From NCBI GenBank assembly GCA_013239625.1, contig MU053482.1:4177922-4241921 (forward strand): a DNA stretch of 64,000 bases. Direction: 5' to 3'. Positions 26,291-39,500 of this stretch are shown in pieces. The translations under genes were made by a program, and so were the position numbers. Under the pieces are notes generated by a model. That model worked only from the letters and a program-made list of their open reading frames with translations. It was not told where the DNA came from and did no database searches. How positions within the stretch are numbered: position 1 is the stretch's first letter; each line of letters opens with the position of its first letter. This DNA comes from Lama guanicoe. Lineage: Eukaryota.

Positions 26291-26885
26291 CTGGATATAT
26301 CCAGAAGGAGCCCTACTTCAGGATGACACCTGCAGCCCAATGCTCATAGCAGCACTATTTACAGTAGCCAAGACATGGAAACAGCCTACATGTCCATCAA
26401 CAGGTGACTGGATAAAGAAGATGTGGTATATTTATACAATGGAATACTACTCAGCCATAAAAACCGACAACATAACGCCATTTGCAGCAACATGGATGCT
26501 CCTGGAGAATGTCATTCTAAGTGAAGTAAGCCAGAAAGAGAAAGAAAAATACCATATGAGATCGTTCATATGTGGAATCGAAAAAAAAAAAGAGCATAAA
26601 TACAAAACAGAAATAGATTCACAGATATAGAATATAAACTTGTGGTTGCCAAGGGGGCACAGGGTGGGAAGAGATAGACTGGGATTTCAAAATTATAGAA
26701 TAGATAAACAAGATTATACTGTATAGCACAGGGAAATATATACAAGATCTTATAGTAGCTCACAGAGAAAAAAATGTGACAATGAATATATATATGTTCA
26801 TGTATAACTGAAAAATTGTGCTCTACACTGGAATTTGACACATTGTAAAATGATTATAAATCAATAAAAAATGTTAAAAAAAAAA
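26291..26885 (+). mobile_element. Young 5'-truncated L1 (ORF2 C-terminus, 3' UTR, poly-A)
   Basis: ORF 26340..26630 is the L1 ORF2 C-terminus (IAALFTVAKTWKQPTCPS..WIKKMWYIYTMEYYSAIK). AATAAA at 26863-26868, A-tail, and a perfect 13-bp TSD aagaacattgcta at 26278-26290 and 26886-26898. Confidence 0.95.
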
Positions 26886-27480
26886 AAGAACATTGCTATT
26901 GGCCCATAATGTGTTTAAGTAACCAGGAACCAAAGTATTTTCCAAGATCTCTCTAGTTAAAAAGTATTTCCCCCTGTGTTTGTGTAGTTAGCATTTTTGA
27001 TGCAAAAGCAGAAGCATTACTCAGGCCATTGATTTTACCCCTTTGTCCGGAGGTTGTCCTCATGGAAGTCCCAACTTTCAAAGAGCTTGAGGTCATCTCC
27101 ATGGAGCTGAGATCCCACATCAGAAAAGCTCCCCTGGACAAGGTGAGGCAAGGGTGCTGAGTAGTGCCCTAGAGACACAGAGCCAGGAGAAAACCCTGGC
27201 TCTGCTACATGCCCCCTGCGGGAACTTGAACAAGTTTCTTAACCTTACAAATATTCACTATTCCCCTATATAAAATGGAGATAATAATAAGTACCCCAGA
27301 GAGACTTGAGGATCAAGTTAAAGGAGAAAACAGACATGAAGCAGTTTGCATAGCACTGGGCACACAGTAAGCCAGCAAGCAGAGGCGCCTGGTATAAATC
27401 CTCAGCCCCAGGTAGCAGCTCCCACGTGGGCCAGCAATCATGGTGCCAGGTCCTCAACCAAAGCTGCCCTTCTTCTCCCC

Positions 27481-28160
27481 CAGGACCAGGTACACAAGTT
27501 ACAGGGCTCAGTGCAAAAGGAAAATATGGTGGCCCTGTTCAAAAATTAGTAAGAATTTTAACACAGCACCAGCGGAGCATGAAACCAAGCACAGAGCCAC
27601 TTTCTGCCTTCTTGGGTTCCTATGGAACAGGGGACTCTGTACAGGGTCCTGATACTAATATTACTGTTGTAAGAAATTCCTACAAACTTGGTGGCTTCAA
27701 ACAACACAAAATTGTTATCCTACAGTTCTGGAAGCCAGAAGTCTGACGAAGGTCTCACTGAGCTAAAATCAAAGGGTCGGCAGATCTGCATTCCTTTCTG
27801 GAGGTTCTAGCTGACAATCTCCAAGCTATCGTTCTTTCCTTTTTCAGTGTGTAAAGGCTGCCCACATTCATGGTTCTTTTCCACCTTCAAAGCCAGCATT
27901 GGCTGGTTGGGCCCTTCTCACGTTGCCACCTCTCTGGCTCTCTCTTCTTTTAAGTGCCCCGTGATTACATCGGCCCCACCCAGATAACTCAGGATAATCT
28001 CCTTGTTTAAACTCAGCTGATTAGCAACCTTAAATCCATCTGCAACCTAATTCTCCTTTGCCATGTAACATACCATATTCACAGGTTCCAGGGATTAGGA
28101 CATGATACCCTCAGAAGGACATTATTCTGCCTACCACACACACTCATGAAGCCAGCCCTG
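27481..28160 (-). mobile_element. MER45A-like hAT-Tip100 MITE split by an MLT1D insertion
   Basis: Left part caggaccaggtacac..gggctcagtgcaaaaggaaaat..ttcaaaaattagtaagaattt; the right terminus cacactcatgaagccagccctg resumes directly after the LTR. Confidence 0.75.
27650..28137 (-). mobile_element. MaLR solo LTR, MLT1D-like
   Basis: caaacttggtggcttcaaacaacac..cagttctggaagccagaagtctga, gtgattacatcggccccacccagataactcaggataatctcc, ending in cattattctgcctaccaca. Confidence 0.85.
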
Positions 28161-28701
28161 CTGACCCTGAAGTTCAGAAACCTCAGACGTCCAGAGGCTG
28201 CACCATGAAGACCCGACGGCCTTCCGATCCATACACACAAACCTGTGACCATACTCACAGTGGTGGCAGCCACCTTGGATGGGACCTAACCTGCTCCCGG
28301 GGTGGACCCAGAGCCCTGGCTCCAGGCTGCACTCTTTTTGTGCTATAATCCCATCCCGCTTCTTTCCACTTGGATGTTCACACAGGATCTCTTCAGCTCA
28401 GAACCCAGGGCTCCTTGGTGGGGGTGTGTGTGGATCTATCCCAGATGCTCCCATCTGGGGCTACAGAAAATAGCTTAATCCCCTTTACCAGCCCCCTGTG
28501 CCTCAGCCCCACACCCTAACCCACCAGGTAACCCAAGAGCCAGGTCACCCTAACCTCTGGAGGGATGTGGACCTCAGGGGATGCTGGAGAGAAAGGCATC
28601 ATTACTGACAGCTCAGGAACCTCTGAGGATCTGCCAGCAAAAGGCAGGAAGCAGCACCTCCAGAGGCTCTGCCCTGAGCTACATTGGAGGTAGGCCATAG
28701 A

Positions 28702-28715
28702 GTTACCATGGCAAC
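28702..28715. promoter_or_regulatory. Near-perfect RFX X-box motif GTTACCATGGCAAC
   Basis: 13 of 14 positions match the palindrome GTTGCCATGGCAAC. This is a motif match only; binding is not shown. Confidence 0.5.
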
Positions 28716-30799
28716 AGGATAGCCCTAAAGCCAGGACCCGGAGCTCCCCCTTTTCCTACTCAAACCCACTAGATCAGGTGCTCATCCCTTACACTTTCCC
28801 CTGGCCCCTGCCTGCAGAAAACACTGAGGCAGGCACCTGCTGCTGTGGAACTGATGAGTACATACCCATGTGCTACTGACCCCACCACCATCGCAGGGGT
28901 GGGAGGCCCACCCTTACCTTCCTGCCTGAGCTGGTGAGCTTGCTTTAAGCCCCCCATGATACTCCTTCCCCACAATCACTATCCATCTTCTCAATGACCC
29001 TCCCAAATGATGCTACCTCCATCCTCCCTCTTCATTCTGCAGGCAGAAGTCTTCCCTGTTTTCTTTCCATACCCTATATTTTAAAATAGATGTTTCATTT
29101 ACATGCAGTAAAATGCACAAGATCTTAAGTGTATAGTTTGATGGGGCTTTGACAAAACATAAAATCATATAACATATAAACATATAAAATCAATCACATT
29201 CCAATCAAGACTTGTTTTTCTCATTTTCTCTTTTTGCCTCTGGGAGGTTACATTTGGATCCTACAGACAAGAAGGAGAGGGGACACTGGGAGGCCAGAGG
29301 AGGGACCTAGAGAAAACCACGGGGATGTCTGCAGCTTGCATCTGGGGACATGAGGTATGGAGCAAAGTCCAGCCAGGCTGAGATGCAGTTTTTCTTCCCT
29401 TCAATCCTCAGGCCTAGGTGTCTTCCAACCCAAGAAGCAAGAGGGCAAACCACTGCCCAGATCAGGCAAAGGCAACCATGCAGTGAGGTCCAGGAGGCCA
29501 CTACTTTCCTGTCTCCTCTGGGTCGTCCCACCCAGATAGCCAAAGCCCTGCTCTGCCCTTGTTGTAACAATGCAGGAGAATGAATGAACTTTGATTTCCC
29601 CGAAAGCCAAGTATCCTGGCACCCAGAGGAAATCTGTCCTCTCTCTGCATGAACCAAAGAGCCCAGGTTAGGCTAATGACACATTTCAGATTCCCGTGTC
29701 CTTCCTTTCTCAGGGGAGGGTGGTCAAAATTGGTAAAGGGGGGCTCCTTACAGACACCGTTCCCCAGGTCCAGCCTTCCTGAGCAGAGGCCCCAGGAGGA
29801 CAGGGCTTCCATGGACAAGTATAGCCCCTGACTTACTAGAAACCTGCAAGTATGACTCCTCCCCAAGGAGGCAGGAGATGGCCTGCAAGTTTTCTGATCA
29901 CTTGTTTCACTTTCCCACCACCTTCCATTCTCTATCCTACTACTGTGGAAGCTCCTTGCTTTACTCCTGGCACACACTTGGTGCTCAATAAACGCTTCTT
30001 GAATGAATAAACCAATGAAACCCAGCAACTAGCTGGATGGACTTTCTTCCTTCTGGTTACCTCTGATCCTGTGTATAAGACACTGTTCACAATTTGGTCC
30101 TTTCTCAGATAGAGGACAAGGTGGGTCAGATTCCCAAGAAAGGAGACAAAATAAGGGTCCAGCCAGAGATGATGGAAGGGAGGGTGAGGCAGGATTCGAG
30201 ACACCCACTTTTTGGTCCAGGAATGAAGCCAACATGCATAATGCCAGGGTTAGAACTTGGAAGAGCAAAGTCAAGAACATAAAGAGCAAAGGGCAGAATC
30301 CAAGGATGCCTCCAGGACCAGAGGTCCCCAAGGGCAAATAGGAGGTAACTGGCGGAAAGGCACAGGGGCTGGGACAGAAGCAACGTCCACCTGGCGTGAT
30401 TCTTCTGATTCTTCTAGAGACTGTCCTTAGCATGAGGCTTCCTCTCCAGATGCTCCCTCCACCCCCACCTTCCTCGCTCCAAATCCCAACATTAGCGTAG
30501 CTGAGGTATCAGTTTATGCCTTGATAACGGGTTTGAGTTTCCCTAAATCAATTTTGCCTAACACTTACAGAGAGACCCTCCTGACCCAGACAAGCTGATC
30601 AGCTCCATACTATACACTGTTAAAGCAGGTCCCCATTCCCAGTAGAGTGACACAAAGGACACCTCAAGGCAGTAACACACAGTGGTGGTTATTGCCAGAC
30701 TGTGTGGGTTCAAATCCCAAGCTCTACCACTTGGGCAGATTATATAAGGTCTCTGTGCCTCAGTTTCCCCTTCTGTAAAATGGAGACCAATAACAATAC

Positions 30800-31603
30800 T
30801 GTGAAATAGTAAGAAACACATCTGTTGGTCTGTGCTCCCAGTTCCTGATAATATTTAGTCTTTGATCCAGTTCTTGAGCCAGAGCTCCCTTGTCATTTCT
30901 TGTGTGATAGAAGTATCTTTTGAGCTAATGAGGTGATTCTTGGATGGCTCCTGAATGAGGGCTGGTCACCGGAAAGACCAAGCTATGATTAGAAGTTTGG
31001 AACTTTCAGCCCCCTCCTCCAGAGAGAGGGGAGAGGCTGGAAAATGAATTAACAATCAATAATGCCTACATGATGATGACTCCATCAAAACTCCTGAAAT
31101 GTGGAGTTCAGAGAGCCTCCCACATACTGGGAGAGTGAGGCACCCCAACTTCACAGGCACAGAAGCTCCTGAGCTCGGGACCCTTCCAGACTCACCCCAT
31201 GTCTCTCTTCATTTGCCAGTTCTTCTGTATCCCTTAGCATAATCCTTAATGATTTGCTTGCTCATCCTTTATCCTTTATAATAAACTGGTAAAATTTTCC
31301 CTAATTCTATGGGTTATTCTAGCAAATTATTGAACCCAAGGAGGGGCTGAACCCCAATCTGTAGCCAGTCAATGAGAAATACAGGTGACCAGCTGGGACA
31401 TGTGGGGCCAGCCTTGTAGGACTGAGTCCTTAACTTACGGGACATGACACTAACTCCAGGTAGATAGTATCCAAATGGAATTGAATTGTATGGACACCCA
31501 GCTGGTGTCACAGAATTGGTTAGTGTGGAAAAAATCCAAACATCTGGTATCAGGAGCACCCTGGGTAGGAAGGTAACAGAAGACAGTGTGTGTTTCCTAG
31601 ACA
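30800..31603. mobile_element. MER21-like solo LTR inserted into a MIR
   Basis: TG...CA termini with an approximate TSD aatac/agtac; MER21 motifs gggctggtcaccggaaagaccaagctatgattagaagtttggaactttcagccc and ggacacccagctggtgtc. The MIR core ends at 30799 and resumes at 31604. Confidence 0.85.
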
Positions 31604-33200
31604 AGTACCTACTCCAGAAGATTACTGTGAGATGTCAAAGACTTAATATAAATAAAGTATCAAATGTTTCTCTGAAAACAAGGTTTATGCTATATTAATG
31701 TTTTCTGGTGTAATTTGAAATAGGATGACAGTAAAGATATTAAAAAAGATGTTTCCAAAATGAGTTAAACGGGATAAGCAAGCAATGACCTTGTTACAAG
31801 GCAGAAATGTTTTCATGGAAACGAACAGACCAAGAGAGGCACTGTTTTACCCAAGCACATGCTTGTTTTGAGTGGTCCATCAACAGCTCTCCAATCTTGG
31901 GTGTGTGTCTGGCACTGGAGCTGAAGTACAGCTGGACAAGGCCTTCCAAGTTCACGTGCAAAGAGAAATCACCATTGGTAAAGCCACTGCAGGAGCCCCA
32001 GTGGAGAGGCAGAAGGCTCAGCTCTGCCTTTATCAGAGATTCTGCTTTATGGGCTATGAAGAGGGGTTGACAGGAGCCACCTTGCCCCACAGGTGAGGAG
32101 TGGGCGCTCTATAAGCTGTAAAGCTCTGTGCAGACAGACGCAAGGTCTTTGCATGATAATGACTGCTCCTCTCCAGGGGCTCAGCAGGAAACCGCAAAAT
32201 TCTGCCCACCTGGAGTCCTTCAGAGACCCTTTCTTAGTAAACTTTGGAAGTCCCGGCTGGGTTGCCTCTGAAAACTTACTTCCTCCAGAGACTGTTTACT
32301 GGGGAGCCTGCCCTTCTGAGAAAGACCCCGGGGACTCAGTCCCTGCACCCTGCCACTCTCCGTTTCTCTCCCGCAGAAGCAGGCAGGACTGGTGTGTGGC
32401 GGGGCCTCTCAGCAAAGGCCAGGGGACTCCAGGTTTCCCTGGGCCAGGAAAAACCAGACCCAATGACACAGCATACAGCAGGTACTCAATAAATGTCTAT
32501 GAAACTGTACTGAGCTCTCCTCCACAAAGAACAGAGCCTCCAAACCCAGCAGCAAGATCTTTCCTGAAAACTCCAGATGAAAGCTTACTGTATTTGCAGC
32601 TTTAAGAAAATTTTAAAAATAAGGAGAAAAACGGAAAAAGGTATGTGTGTGGAGGGGAGCTCACAAAAGTTAATGAGATTTTCTCAGCTGTGGTACGTGC
32701 CCACATTTTTAATAATTAGGAGTAATAAAAATTCTTACCAAACCTTAAAGGAACATCTTCTATAACAAAGAGAGAAGTCAAGACAGACTTCTTTGTCGGG
32801 TGTAATGACTTGTTAGCCTCAGAAGATGGATGTGCTTTAAAAAACTAATTTACAGGAGAAAAATAATTGTTCATAAAAATGCAACTAATTGGGTTAAAAT
32901 GACTTATTAACAGGAATGCCAGATGATTCTAGTGCCCTTAAGGATTAAATTAGGTTATTAATCTCTAAAATTTCTAATGGAAGAAAGCTTTCCCCTGCTC
33001 AGCAGATGGAGAAACTGAGGCTGAGGGAGGCGGCAGGGGAGAGGGACCCGCCCAGCACAGGCCGAGGGGGCAGACCCCGGCTGAAGCAGGAGGAGCACTC
33101 AGGAGTCTAGGCACCCAGTCCTGGCTCTGTCCCCAGCACTGTGGTGGCCCCACCTCCCCACAGGCAGCTCAACAAGGGCCCGGCCACTGACTCTGCTCAC

Positions 33201-33393
33201 CCACTGGGTCTGAGGTCAGGTAGGGGCCGGTCAAGGGGCAGGCGGTCACTGAGGTAGGCGTTGTAGCCGTAGTACTGGAACTGCTTCAGGGCCACACGCC
33301 GGCCTTCGGGGCTGAGCTCCTGGCCCCAGTGTGCAAACAAGGAGGAATCTGTGAAGGGCTCAGCCTCTGCCTCCTCAGGTTTGGCGGGGGTTT
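33201..33393 (-). CDS. GALNT18: GALNT18 internal coding exon (probably exon 2), stem region: (E)TPAKPEEAEAEPFTDSSLFAHWGQELSPEGRRVALKQFQYYGYNAYLSDRLPLDRPLPDLRPS(G)
   Basis: Hand translation of the minus strand. Acceptor ttctttctccag|AA at 33394/33393, donor GG|gtgagc at 33201/33200, 193 nt with no stops. It contains the GalNAc-T YN..LSD.L.LDR.LPD.R motif and matches my recollection of mammalian GALNT18. Confidence 0.96.
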
Positions 33394-36369
33394 CTGGAGA
33401 AAGAATGGATAAGGAGACAGTGGGTCAGAGTGTACCCTTGCATATGCCATGTCAACCCCTTTCTCTTCCTCACCATTGCCTTGAGTAAAACAATCTCAGC
33501 CTCATCTTTGCAGGTGGTGGAAGGGAGACTGGAATCTTCACGCTTCCCCAAACTCAGTAATCCATCCATCCATACATCCATCCACCCAACAAACACTAGC
33601 ATAAAGGATAGGGAAATACCCCAACATGGTCTGCTGGGAAGCTGATGGATGTGACCCTGATGACCCATGACTTTAAGTCAGAACCCCTTCCTTTCCCAGT
33701 CTGCCTTTCTTCCAGCAATGCTGGCCACAGCCCTGGAGTAGGTCTTCTGCCTCTCTTTCTCCAGATTGCACCCCTATTCCCTGCCAGTCCCAAGCCTGCC
33801 CCACACCCAGATCCCCAAGCTGGGGATCTGCTGCTCTGCCCAATTCTTGACAGCCCACCTCCCTCTCCACTCTCTGGCCCTGCTGTGAGTTGCCTGGTCC
33901 CACAGCATGGTATTCGCCTGGCTACAAGGACCGCCAGCCAGACTTCTGCCAGTCGCTTCAGACTCTATCCCCAGGATAGGGAATCACTGGTACAGGGGAT
34001 GGCCAAACCACTCCCAGGCCCCACACACTCTGGCCACTGTTCACTGGACCCCTGGTAGACTTTGTTGGGGGGGCAGTCCTAATGCCAGGTCTCTCGGTTT
34101 TCCTGGAACTTTCCAAGGAAATGGAAGGGGCATTATTGCCTATAAGAGCAGAGGCTTCGATTTACATAGATGCAGATTCAAATAAACTCCTGCTTCACCA
34201 TTAGCTGGCTATGTGACCACAGGCAAACACTCAATTCCTCAACGCCTCGAGTTCCCCACCTGTAATGCGGGAATAGTCAAACCTGGAACCCAACACCCCC
34301 AAGATCTGCGAGGATTACATCCAATAGCATATATAAAGTACTGAGCCCAGCATATGTCTCAGAGTAAGCACACACTACATGGTAATCAGGGTTGCTATAG
34401 CAAGCCTGACGGATCATTTAAATCCCTCCTTTATGGGGGAACAGATAGATCTTGCCAGGACATAGACTGATGGGTCAGGACTATAGACTTCATTCCCAGG
34501 TACAGGTGGTCAGGTAATCACTCAAGGTCAGAAATCAGAGAAACTAGAGAGAGATTCCAAACCCACTAGACAGTGCCTTCCATACTCATAAATGTGACAT
34601 AAGTAAGAGATGGAACCAGGAGCCTGGAATGAGACAGAGACTAGGAGGAAGCAGAAGTAGGTTAGGAACAGGAGAGACAGGCTTGGGACACTTCCCAGTG
34701 TCCCCTTGGCTGTCTGTGTGTAGCCAGTAGGTGCCTGACACACCTATGCCAGGTAATTTAAAGGTACAGGCTGGAGATAGGGAAAGGGTCCAGCTGGGGA
34801 GCTCAGAGCTATGGACCACAGCTCTTCCTACCACCTCCTTCTGAGGGATGTTCAGAAGAGCCAGTCTGGGAGAGGGGAGGAGGCTTGGGAATAATAGGGC
34901 GACCCTTCCAGCACCCAGGACCCTCCTATCATGGAAGGGATAGATGCTCCAGGGAGAGGAAGCCCCCATTACTGGAGGTACACAAAGGATGTCATGGACA
35001 GAAGGGGGCTGTGGTAGCTCCCTGCAAATCAGAGGGCCGATGATTCTGAGAGCAGAGCAAGCACATCGATGCCAGAGACCTTAGAGAGATGCCAAAAGAC
35101 GTGCAAACGGATCTGGGACTCACAGGTGGTGGGTGAACACGCATATCCTTGGGACATACTCCAAACTGGAGATCTGTGTGACTCCCGGGACAACTATCGC
35201 AGCTAGCCCTTGCTGAGTGCCCACCACGAGTCAGGCTCTGCTGTGAGCATTTTTCACACACCAGCTCATCTCTACAAGGTGGGAACTGTTACTGTCTCCT
35301 TTCTACAGATAATGAAAGTGAAGCACAGAGGATAAGAAACTTGCCCCAGTTCACTTAGAAGGAAGGAAAGTAGCTGAGATTCAATCCCAGGAGGGGACTG
35401 TCGCCTGAGGTCTTAACCACTAAGAAACACTGCATCTTCAGAGCCAAGGGCTGGACCCACGTGAATTCCAAAGACAAACAAGGTCTATCATCTTGGCTAC
35501 CTTTTCCTTAAAGATATGAAAGGAAACTCATATATTAAACAGATTAGGCCACATCAAGGAGTAGATTGCAAATGACATGAGCATTTTTACGACAAAGCAA
35601 GAGCTTTTAGGACCATGGTGCTACTCAGAGCTGCATCCCAGAACTCAGGCTGCCCCTGTCCCCCTGGCTGGGCATGTATGAAGGGAAACACAGGGCTCAT
35701 CAGATCTTGAAGGTCCTTGTTATCGCTAAGGAGATGGATGACTCATTCATTTGGAATGGGGGGCAGTAAAAATCTAAATCAGTGAACCAACCGAATCAGA
35801 TAATATTTAACGGAAATGGAGTTTTACTGCCTTCACATACCTAAGTGGATATTACCAAGTAAAATGAGATCAGTTAATGAAAAAATTATGATTCACAATT
35901 GGGCCGGTGTTGCATAAAGATGGATTATAAACATATTAAAGTCCTGGGTTGCACCACATGTTCCTGCCTTTTTACTCAGGATGGGTATGAATGAGAACAA
36001 ACTTAAAAGCAGTGGATCCTGAATAATAAGTCAGGGACGTGATGGCCAGAAGAGGTGTATTCGTTGAATTTCTGCCGGAGCCAAGCAAGGTGCTGACTGA
36101 TGTCTTTACCCAAGGTTATCTCTGTCGTGCTCACGGGTGTGGACTCCATGAGGGTAGGATGACATCTGTCTTGTCCCCTGCTGTATCTTTGGCTCCCAGC
36201 ACAGCACATGTCTCTTACAAGGGGCTCGGTGCATCATTTTAAAATAATTTAGTTAATAAGTACTCCATAGTGGTTAGTTACCAGACATGAGGAAACCAAA
36301 GATGAAGAGGTTAAATGACTAATTATGAGGTCACCCAGTTTGTCAGGGACATTGAAGCTTTCCTCTACA

Positions 36370-36590
36370 TCACAAATGGCAAACTGTGGTCTGAGGGTCA
36401 AATCTGGCCCACCATCTATTCTGTAAAGAAAGCTTTTCTGGAACACACATCACATCCACTTGCTTATGTATTACCTACAGCTGCTTTAGCGCTGCAAAGG
36501 CAGAGTGGGTGCGGCAGAGACCACATGGCTTGCAAAGTGGAAAATATATACCATCTGGCCCTTTAATAAAAACTGTGCTGACCGCCTGCT
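36370..36590 (-). mobile_element. MER58A hAT-Charlie MITE
   Basis: ggcaaactgtggtctgagggtcaaatctggccc...ctggaacacac...gagaccacatggc...atctggcccttta...tgctgaccgcctg. Confidence 0.8.
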
Positions 36591-39500
36591 CTACAGCTAA
36601 CATTTGACATCTCTTAGGTAAGGAGGCTTTGCCTCTGCTAATCTATTTCCTTAAGAGCACCGGCTATAGAAACAGAATCCACAGAATCCAGTTCTACCAT
36701 TGTCCAGTTTGGTCTAGCTGATCTGCACCTCAGTTTCCTCATCTGGAAAGTGGGCTGGATAATAATAGGATCTTCTTCACAGACCACTTGAGATGGTCCA
36801 TGTGAGGAGCTTAGGCCAGTGCCTGACATGTAATAAATATTAATTAGCTCAACGAGTGTCTGATGCTGAGGGCCATGGAGGAACTCGGAGCCCCCAGCCC
36901 ACCATAGTGCTCTTCTCCCGACTCCTCTTGAGTTCAGATGGGAAAGATGAATGGCCCTGCCCTGATATCCCAGCTTGGGAAGATGCTGCTGCCATCCAGC
37001 CCCACAGGAAGGGGCTCCATGTCCACAGAAAGTGGCCTCCCCTTAACCAGTCCTCAACCCAACTCCCCTCACTCTCCAGTAAGAAAGCAGATCTACACGG
37101 TCGCCAGCTAAGAAGGACCATGTCTGACACAGTTGGGGTGACGGCAAAGAGACCTCAGGGAAGGGCCTGGGCTGGGTCCACTGCAGGGGCCCAAGGGTGT
37201 CTGGACACATCTAGTGAGGGACCAGACCCACAGACGTCTCTCACCCAGGGACAAGGCACTCCCAGGAGCAGACTCGGGCTGTGGCTCCTGCTGGAGTTCA
37301 GGCCTACTGGGCCACGCCTGACCAAATGAGGTGTGTGTTCAGGGGACTGAGGACCCCCAAGGGAGAGCTTGTCCATGGCACTGATGAGCAAGGCACCGTG
37401 AACTCAGCCCAGCGGCCATGCCAGAGCGTTTGGAGGGTTCTGAGTACAGCACGGAGGCCAGTCCCTCACCCAGCACTAGGTGCACGTCTGAGTCCTAGGG
37501 AGAAGCAGGCTGAGAAGGAACACTGAAGGGTTATTCCACTAGACAGCCGCATGCAGGACCCAAGTGGTACCTATGTAACGCTCAGGCAGGGCGGGAGGCA
37601 TTCCTCCGCCTTCCCTGACTCACCGTGAACAACCAGGTGTTGTGGGCAGAAGGAGCCCCAGCGGGGCCTGAGGAGACTCATAGGCTGGGGAGACAATGCC
37701 ATGCTATGCCCCCCTCTCTAGGGACCCTCCCACAGTCAGCTGTCTCCCTTGGCCTCTGCACAGATGGCTCTACAGAGCAGAAACTGGAGAACAAGAACCA
37801 GGGCTGCCAGAGCCTCAGCAGGGCTGCATGGATGGGGAAGGAAGCACAGCACAGACTGCAAGTCTGAAAGGCCCAGGGTTGGCCATAGCATTTGGAAATA
37901 GTTCACGAACCTACAAGCACATATGCCAAAGCCCCACCTCCTCCCCATCACCAAAGGTAATGTCCACAGTAGCAAAGTGCATTAGTATTATTTTTTCCCA
38001 AAGTACATTCTTTGAGATCCAATGAGGAGGGGACTTCAGGCTAATCTTGGGTGTTTACTGCAAAAGCTTTGCCCCTGGGCTGATGCCCTTGTACCTTGCA
38101 CCCCAGTTCCATTGCACTGGCCCTGCCGGGTGGTGAGGCCAGGCCATCACAGTGGCCCTATGATGAAGGTTCTATCATTCCCATCACACATGAGAGGAAG
38201 CTGCAGCTCAGAGACATGAAAGAACTTGCTGCTAAAACCCCCCCTTCTCCTAAGCCCAACCCCCTCTCCACGTCCTGGGCTAGATGCACGTCTGGCTTGA
38301 GGACTGGAAAAACCTCAGGCCCTGGGAAGCTGCTCAGACGGTCTGCACTGGTTCCTAGGAGCTGTTAAACTACTGAAATATCTTCACAGCGCTGGGTAAA
38401 CAGCTGCTTCCTAGAGTCCCTCCAGGTGGCCTTCTTACCCCAGCTGCTCTGGCCCTTTTCTTGGTTGGCATGATCCAGATCTTTCCACCAGCCAGCAACT
38501 AAAAGGTGCACACCTGGCCCGCCTGGAGCCCGGGATCCTGCTCCATGCTGTGACCAGCAGTCATGCAAATTGGTTGGTGCTTGTGCCTTGCTGGGTAAGT
38601 ATAATCTGACTATTACTTGTTCGAGCCCTTCCTAGGAGGCCCCTGTGAAAAAGAATTACTGGTTTCTGGAGACCTTTCACTCAGCGCATCAGCTTCCCCA
38701 TGTTAGTGCCCAGGCCTCATTGTGCCTGACCTGTTTTCCAGAAAGTTCTGCTGGTGATCACACAGGGCATCCAGGAAATGCCACAATAGGGTCTCCAAGA
38801 TGTGCCTACGGTGCCTGACATGCAGCCCACTAATGAGAACAGAGAATTACAGTTTCCCGTCCTGACAGCCTCCGCACTAATTCAGATACAGGAGGGCAGT
38901 GGGGCCACAAGCAGCTTGCGAAGCTGTGAGCAGTGAATGCTCCCAAGTCTGCAGCGTGGAGCCAAGGGCCCAGGCTCACCAGCTGGGCACAAGAAGCACA
39001 TCTGGAGGCCCCGCCAAGGCCTGCGAGGTTTCTGAAGTGGCGGATGCTGAGCGCAGTGGGAAAACCTGCTTGAGGGTGGCTGCTTCAGTGCGCGGCCCAA
39101 GTGAGGGCCGGCCCAGCTGCTTTCGCTCAGGAGTCTTGCCAAGACTGCATGGTGGAATGAAAGGAAAATGGGTTCTGGAGTGAAACAGACATTGTGCTGC
39201 TGCCCAGCCCCGTCTGCTTCTGACTGTCTGTCCTCGCTAAGGACCACGTTCCTGGAGAACTCCCGATCTTCTGAAGCTGAGCCACTGTGTCAGCTCCTGT
39301 CATGCACTCTGAGGTGCTGGTGGCTTTTTAGAGGAGCTGCAGGAGAAGCTGTGGCCCAGAACTCTCCCTAAGCAGGAGTCCAGCACCCAGCTCTGCTCCT
39401 TGCCTCTCAGGATGAACTCTAAAATGGCAAGAGAAGCGTTCACAAGGCACAACTGCTGCTGGAGGTCAAAGTTATTTGGGGCTGGGCAGCAGGACTGGCT

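Larger units (their letters stand above)
19146..33200 (-). other. GALNT18: GALNT18 intron (14,055 nt, GT-AG, phase 2)
   Basis: Bounded by donor gtgagc at 33200 and acceptor ttccag at 19146; the in-frame join reads ...LRPS-G-CRNLS... Confidence 0.92.

Noticed and set aside
26340..26630. 96-aa ORF as a host gene
   Set aside because: It is the L1 ORF2 C-terminus of a truncated retrotransposon.
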